Shown in pieces: positions 61,186 through 64,000 of a stretch of DNA of 64,000 bases. The position numbers and the translations under genes are program-made. The notes under the pieces were generated by a model that was not told the DNA's origin, did no database searches, and saw only the letters and a program-made list of their open reading frames with translations. This DNA comes from the human T2T-CHM13v2.0 reference genome, Homo sapiens, in assembly GCF_009914755.1 (NCBI RefSeq), contig NC_060926.1, one strand, 5' to 3'. Numbering within the stretch: position 1 is the first letter of the stretch; each line of letters opens with the position of its first letter.

Positions 61186-61839
61186 TGGACCACAACGTGC
61201 TTCCGTTTCAATTCTGTGGGCCTTTTGGAGGTCCTGCTGGATGCTAAGCACCGAAACCTCAACCCGGAACAAGACCAGAACAACCTGAGCAACAACAGGA
61301 CCAGCGATGGCTCTCCCTGCTGGAGGATTCTGGAAGTCACCTGGCTGGACCAAGCCCTCTCCGTGTTCTCTGTCAGCCCACTCCCCAGAGCCGCTAGGCC
61401 TGATGTGCACAAGCAGACTAATAAAGGCTTGAGGACAAAAAGGGTTTTGAGTGATAAGTGAAAAAAGAAAGGAGATAGGGCTGGGCCAACAGGCCTTCCC
61501 TTGGTGGTGGGGAGCCCTCAGAGGTGGGAGGAACCCCAGAGGTGAAGAGAGGGACATGGTGGGGGCACAAAAAAAGCTTCCAGAGCCACAGGCCTGGGCG
61601 AGTCCTGACATGGAGCCCAGTCTCATACGGCCTCTTTCCCTAGTGGCTGGCTTTGCTCCTGGCCCTAGGTAGCCCAACAGCTGGGCAAGGGGTCCGTCTG
61701 GTCAGGGGAAAGGTGCAGGGGCAGAAGGTAGCAGAGGGAGAAAAGGACACCCTGTCTGCCTCTGGCCCCAAAGACAAGTCCGAATGGGGCCAGAGGGAAA
61801 TGGCTGGGCCTTGGGGTGCCCCAGGGTCTTGGAGGGGAC

Positions 61840-62870
61840 CGGGTGTTCAGGTTTCGCACAAGTACAGGAGGGACCGGCGACCGCCCTCCCCCCGCCCCGG
61901 GAGGCTCCGCCAGGGACAGGCGTCCCCGGGATTGGAGGTGACCCCCGTGGGTTCCGAAGCCCCGCCTCGGCCATGCACTGTCTACTAGGCGCGCTTGGGG
62001 AGCCTAGGGGCCGTCTCGGAGAAATGGGGTGGTCCCCGCCAGGCGGCGGCGGGGCGGGCCCTGGGCGCCGAAGGGGTTAAGGCACCTGGGCCACCGCCCC
62101 TGCCGGCCCCTCCTCCCGCGGCCGGGAAGAGGAAAGTCGCGGCGGGGGCGCGGCCCGGTCTCCGTCCCCACCCGCCCGCCGTCCCGCCGGCCCGAGCCGT
62201 GGCGCCCAGAGCTGCGAGCCGCTCGCCCCTCCGCCGCTCCGGCCCGGGCCGCCATGTCGCTGTGGTGAGTGGGGCGGGGGGCCGTCGGGGGCCTGGGCGG
62301 GGGCGTGGGCCCGGGGCTCCCCCTCCTCCGTGGCCACAGACGGGCGCCGGGACTCCCGGGATAGGAGATGCCCCCGCGCGCGCCGCGCCGGCCTCAGTTT
62401 CCCGGGGGCGGATGGGCGGGCGGGCGCGGCGGCGGCGGCGGGAGATGTTCGCGGTACGCGGCCCCGGACCCGTGGGGGACGTCGAGGGGTCTCGGGGCGC
62501 CGCGCTCAGCTCCCCGGCCCCGCGGCCCTGGACACCGCTCCAGGACCCTGGCGGCTGGGACCCCAGGTCTTGCCGGCAGCTGGGTCCCCTCTCCCTTCCA
62601 GACCCCTGAGGGCCCCCTGCGTCCGGGCCACTCTCCTCCTCTCGGGGCTTCCTTCCGCGGGACCTCGGACCGCCGCCCGCCCGGCCCCTCTCCGCCCCTC
62701 CCGGGCTTTCCCTACGAATGGAGCGGACCCGGCAGGTGGAGCGCCCGCAGCCCAGGGCCTCGCCGCCTTCCCGGTGCACCCCCCGACCTCCCCCGTCCCG
62801 GCCTCGGTGGGCGGCTTCCCTGGAACCCCTAGGGCTGGCAGGGCCGGATCCGGAGCCCTCCGTTTCCTCC
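61840..62870. promoter_or_regulatory. B3GNT7: CpG island / B3GNT7 promoter with GC boxes
   Basis: Very GC- and CpG-rich; several GGGCGG/CCGCCC boxes (e.g. ~62051, ~62094) upstream of the start codon. Confidence 0.9.
62254..62264 (+). CDS. B3GNT7: B3GNT7 first coding exon (MSLW, split codon); beta-1,3-N-acetylglucosaminyltransferase 7; exon 2 lies beyond the window
   Basis: GCCGCCATG Kozak, ATG TCG CTG TG then GTGAGT donor; MSLW is the recalled B3GNT7 N-terminus and B3GNT7 follows ARMC9 on 2q37.1. Confidence 0.85.
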
Positions 62871-64000
62871 CCGGAGAGCTGGACCTTGGGTCACACCCCC
62901 CAGCCTGCACCTAAGGTGCCCCTGTCTTCCTCCAACCACATGCCCCAGCAACCTGGGGACCCTATGGGGAAAATGTCGCTCTATGGGGCTCAGCCTGCAT
63001 TCACCCTGGGGCCTGGACCTGCAACCGGACCAGCCCTCAGGGCAACCCAGGCGTCTCCACGGGCTGCCTGTCTCTCCTGGCACCCTGCTCCTCCCCCTTG
63101 GAGGTCAGCGCCATCTCTCTGCTAGGCTGGCCCTGGAAGGCCACTCTGCTGTCCCCAGAGCTCTCAGCCCCCAGGTCTCCACTGGGGAGGGTGGGGCAGG
63201 TGTCCTGGCAGCCCCCGGAGGGTGAGATGAAGAGAGGAGGTCCTTCAGGACAGGGGCTCAGGCCCCAGGGCTTGGGACGACCAGCACTCCTGGCAGAGAG
63301 CTCTAATTTCTGCTTCCGAAATGGGTGTGGACCGGGGTTGGGGTGGGGGGGTCTCTGGGCAAGAAGGGTCCCTCAAGGGCTGGAGCTGCAAATGTGCCCC
63401 CTCCCAGGGAGTAGAGCTGTAGCCTCATGTCTTCTAATGGGGTGTTATGAGCTGGGGATGTTAAGGTAGGGGTGAGGGGCAGTGCCATGCTAGAGGTGCT
63501 CACTGCATCCTTGGGCCTCCATCAACCATGAGGGCTGCTCTTTGTTGGGTGAGACAGACTGGAGAAGGGGGAGGAGGGCCAGTCTTCCTCAGGTCCCAAG
63601 CTCGAGCCACTCTCCAATGTGCCCCACATGTGATGGAGCTCCCGGGCGGCACAGAGGATCAGAGGGTGCCCTCTCAATGACTCTGGCTCTGAGTCACCTA
63701 ATGATACCGATACCTACTGCTGTGGGTAGGTACACCGCAGGGAAATGAAAGGCATTGGGGTTCCAGGCGTGGGGAACAGGGCAGAGGTTTCCACCTGAGG
63801 CCCTCCTGTTAAGGTGACAGCATTCCCCTAACTGTGCACCCGCTGCCTGGTACTTTATATAGCACTCCAATCCTGTGTTTTAGCCCCATTTGGGGGAAGA
63901 AGAAATCGTGGCTCAGAGTGGTTGTAAACCACTCATTCAGCTTGTAAGCGTCAGGGCCTGATTCCACAGTGCTCCTTGAGGAGAGGGCAGGGTGGGAGAA

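Noticed and set aside
61985-63125. Overlapping 130-260 aa ORFs at the CpG island
   Set aside because: Stop-codon scarcity in very GC-rich DNA; the real coding part is the 11-nt B3GNT7 exon 1 segment

Overview
Human (primate) genomic DNA, Alu-dense, recognisable as chr2q37.1. The + strand carries the last five coding exons of ARMC9 (11473-38027), the intronic hairpin MIR4777 (29199-29284), and the CpG-island promoter with the first coding exon (MSLW) of B3GNT7 (62254-62264). The gene names come from my recall of the protein and miRNA sequences, supported by intact splice sites and continuous reading frame. The rest is intronic or intergenic sequence made largely of Alu, L1, MaLR/ERV LTRs (including a full solo MER11 LTR), hAT fossils and simple repeats. 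Nearly all ORFs in the supplied track are repeat-derived or GC-rich noise. I find no new gene system. The most unusual signals are structural: a near-perfect ~0.6 kb duplication flanking a 1.65 kb segment that looks foreign (17246-20061), a ~140 bp duplicated element with terminal inverted repeats inserted into an L1 (48710/50599), an AluYa5-like arm nested in an older Alu, a nearly loop-less inverted Alu pair, and the hairpin-of-hairpins architecture of MIR4777. Repeat subfamily calls and repeat boundaries are by eye and approximate.
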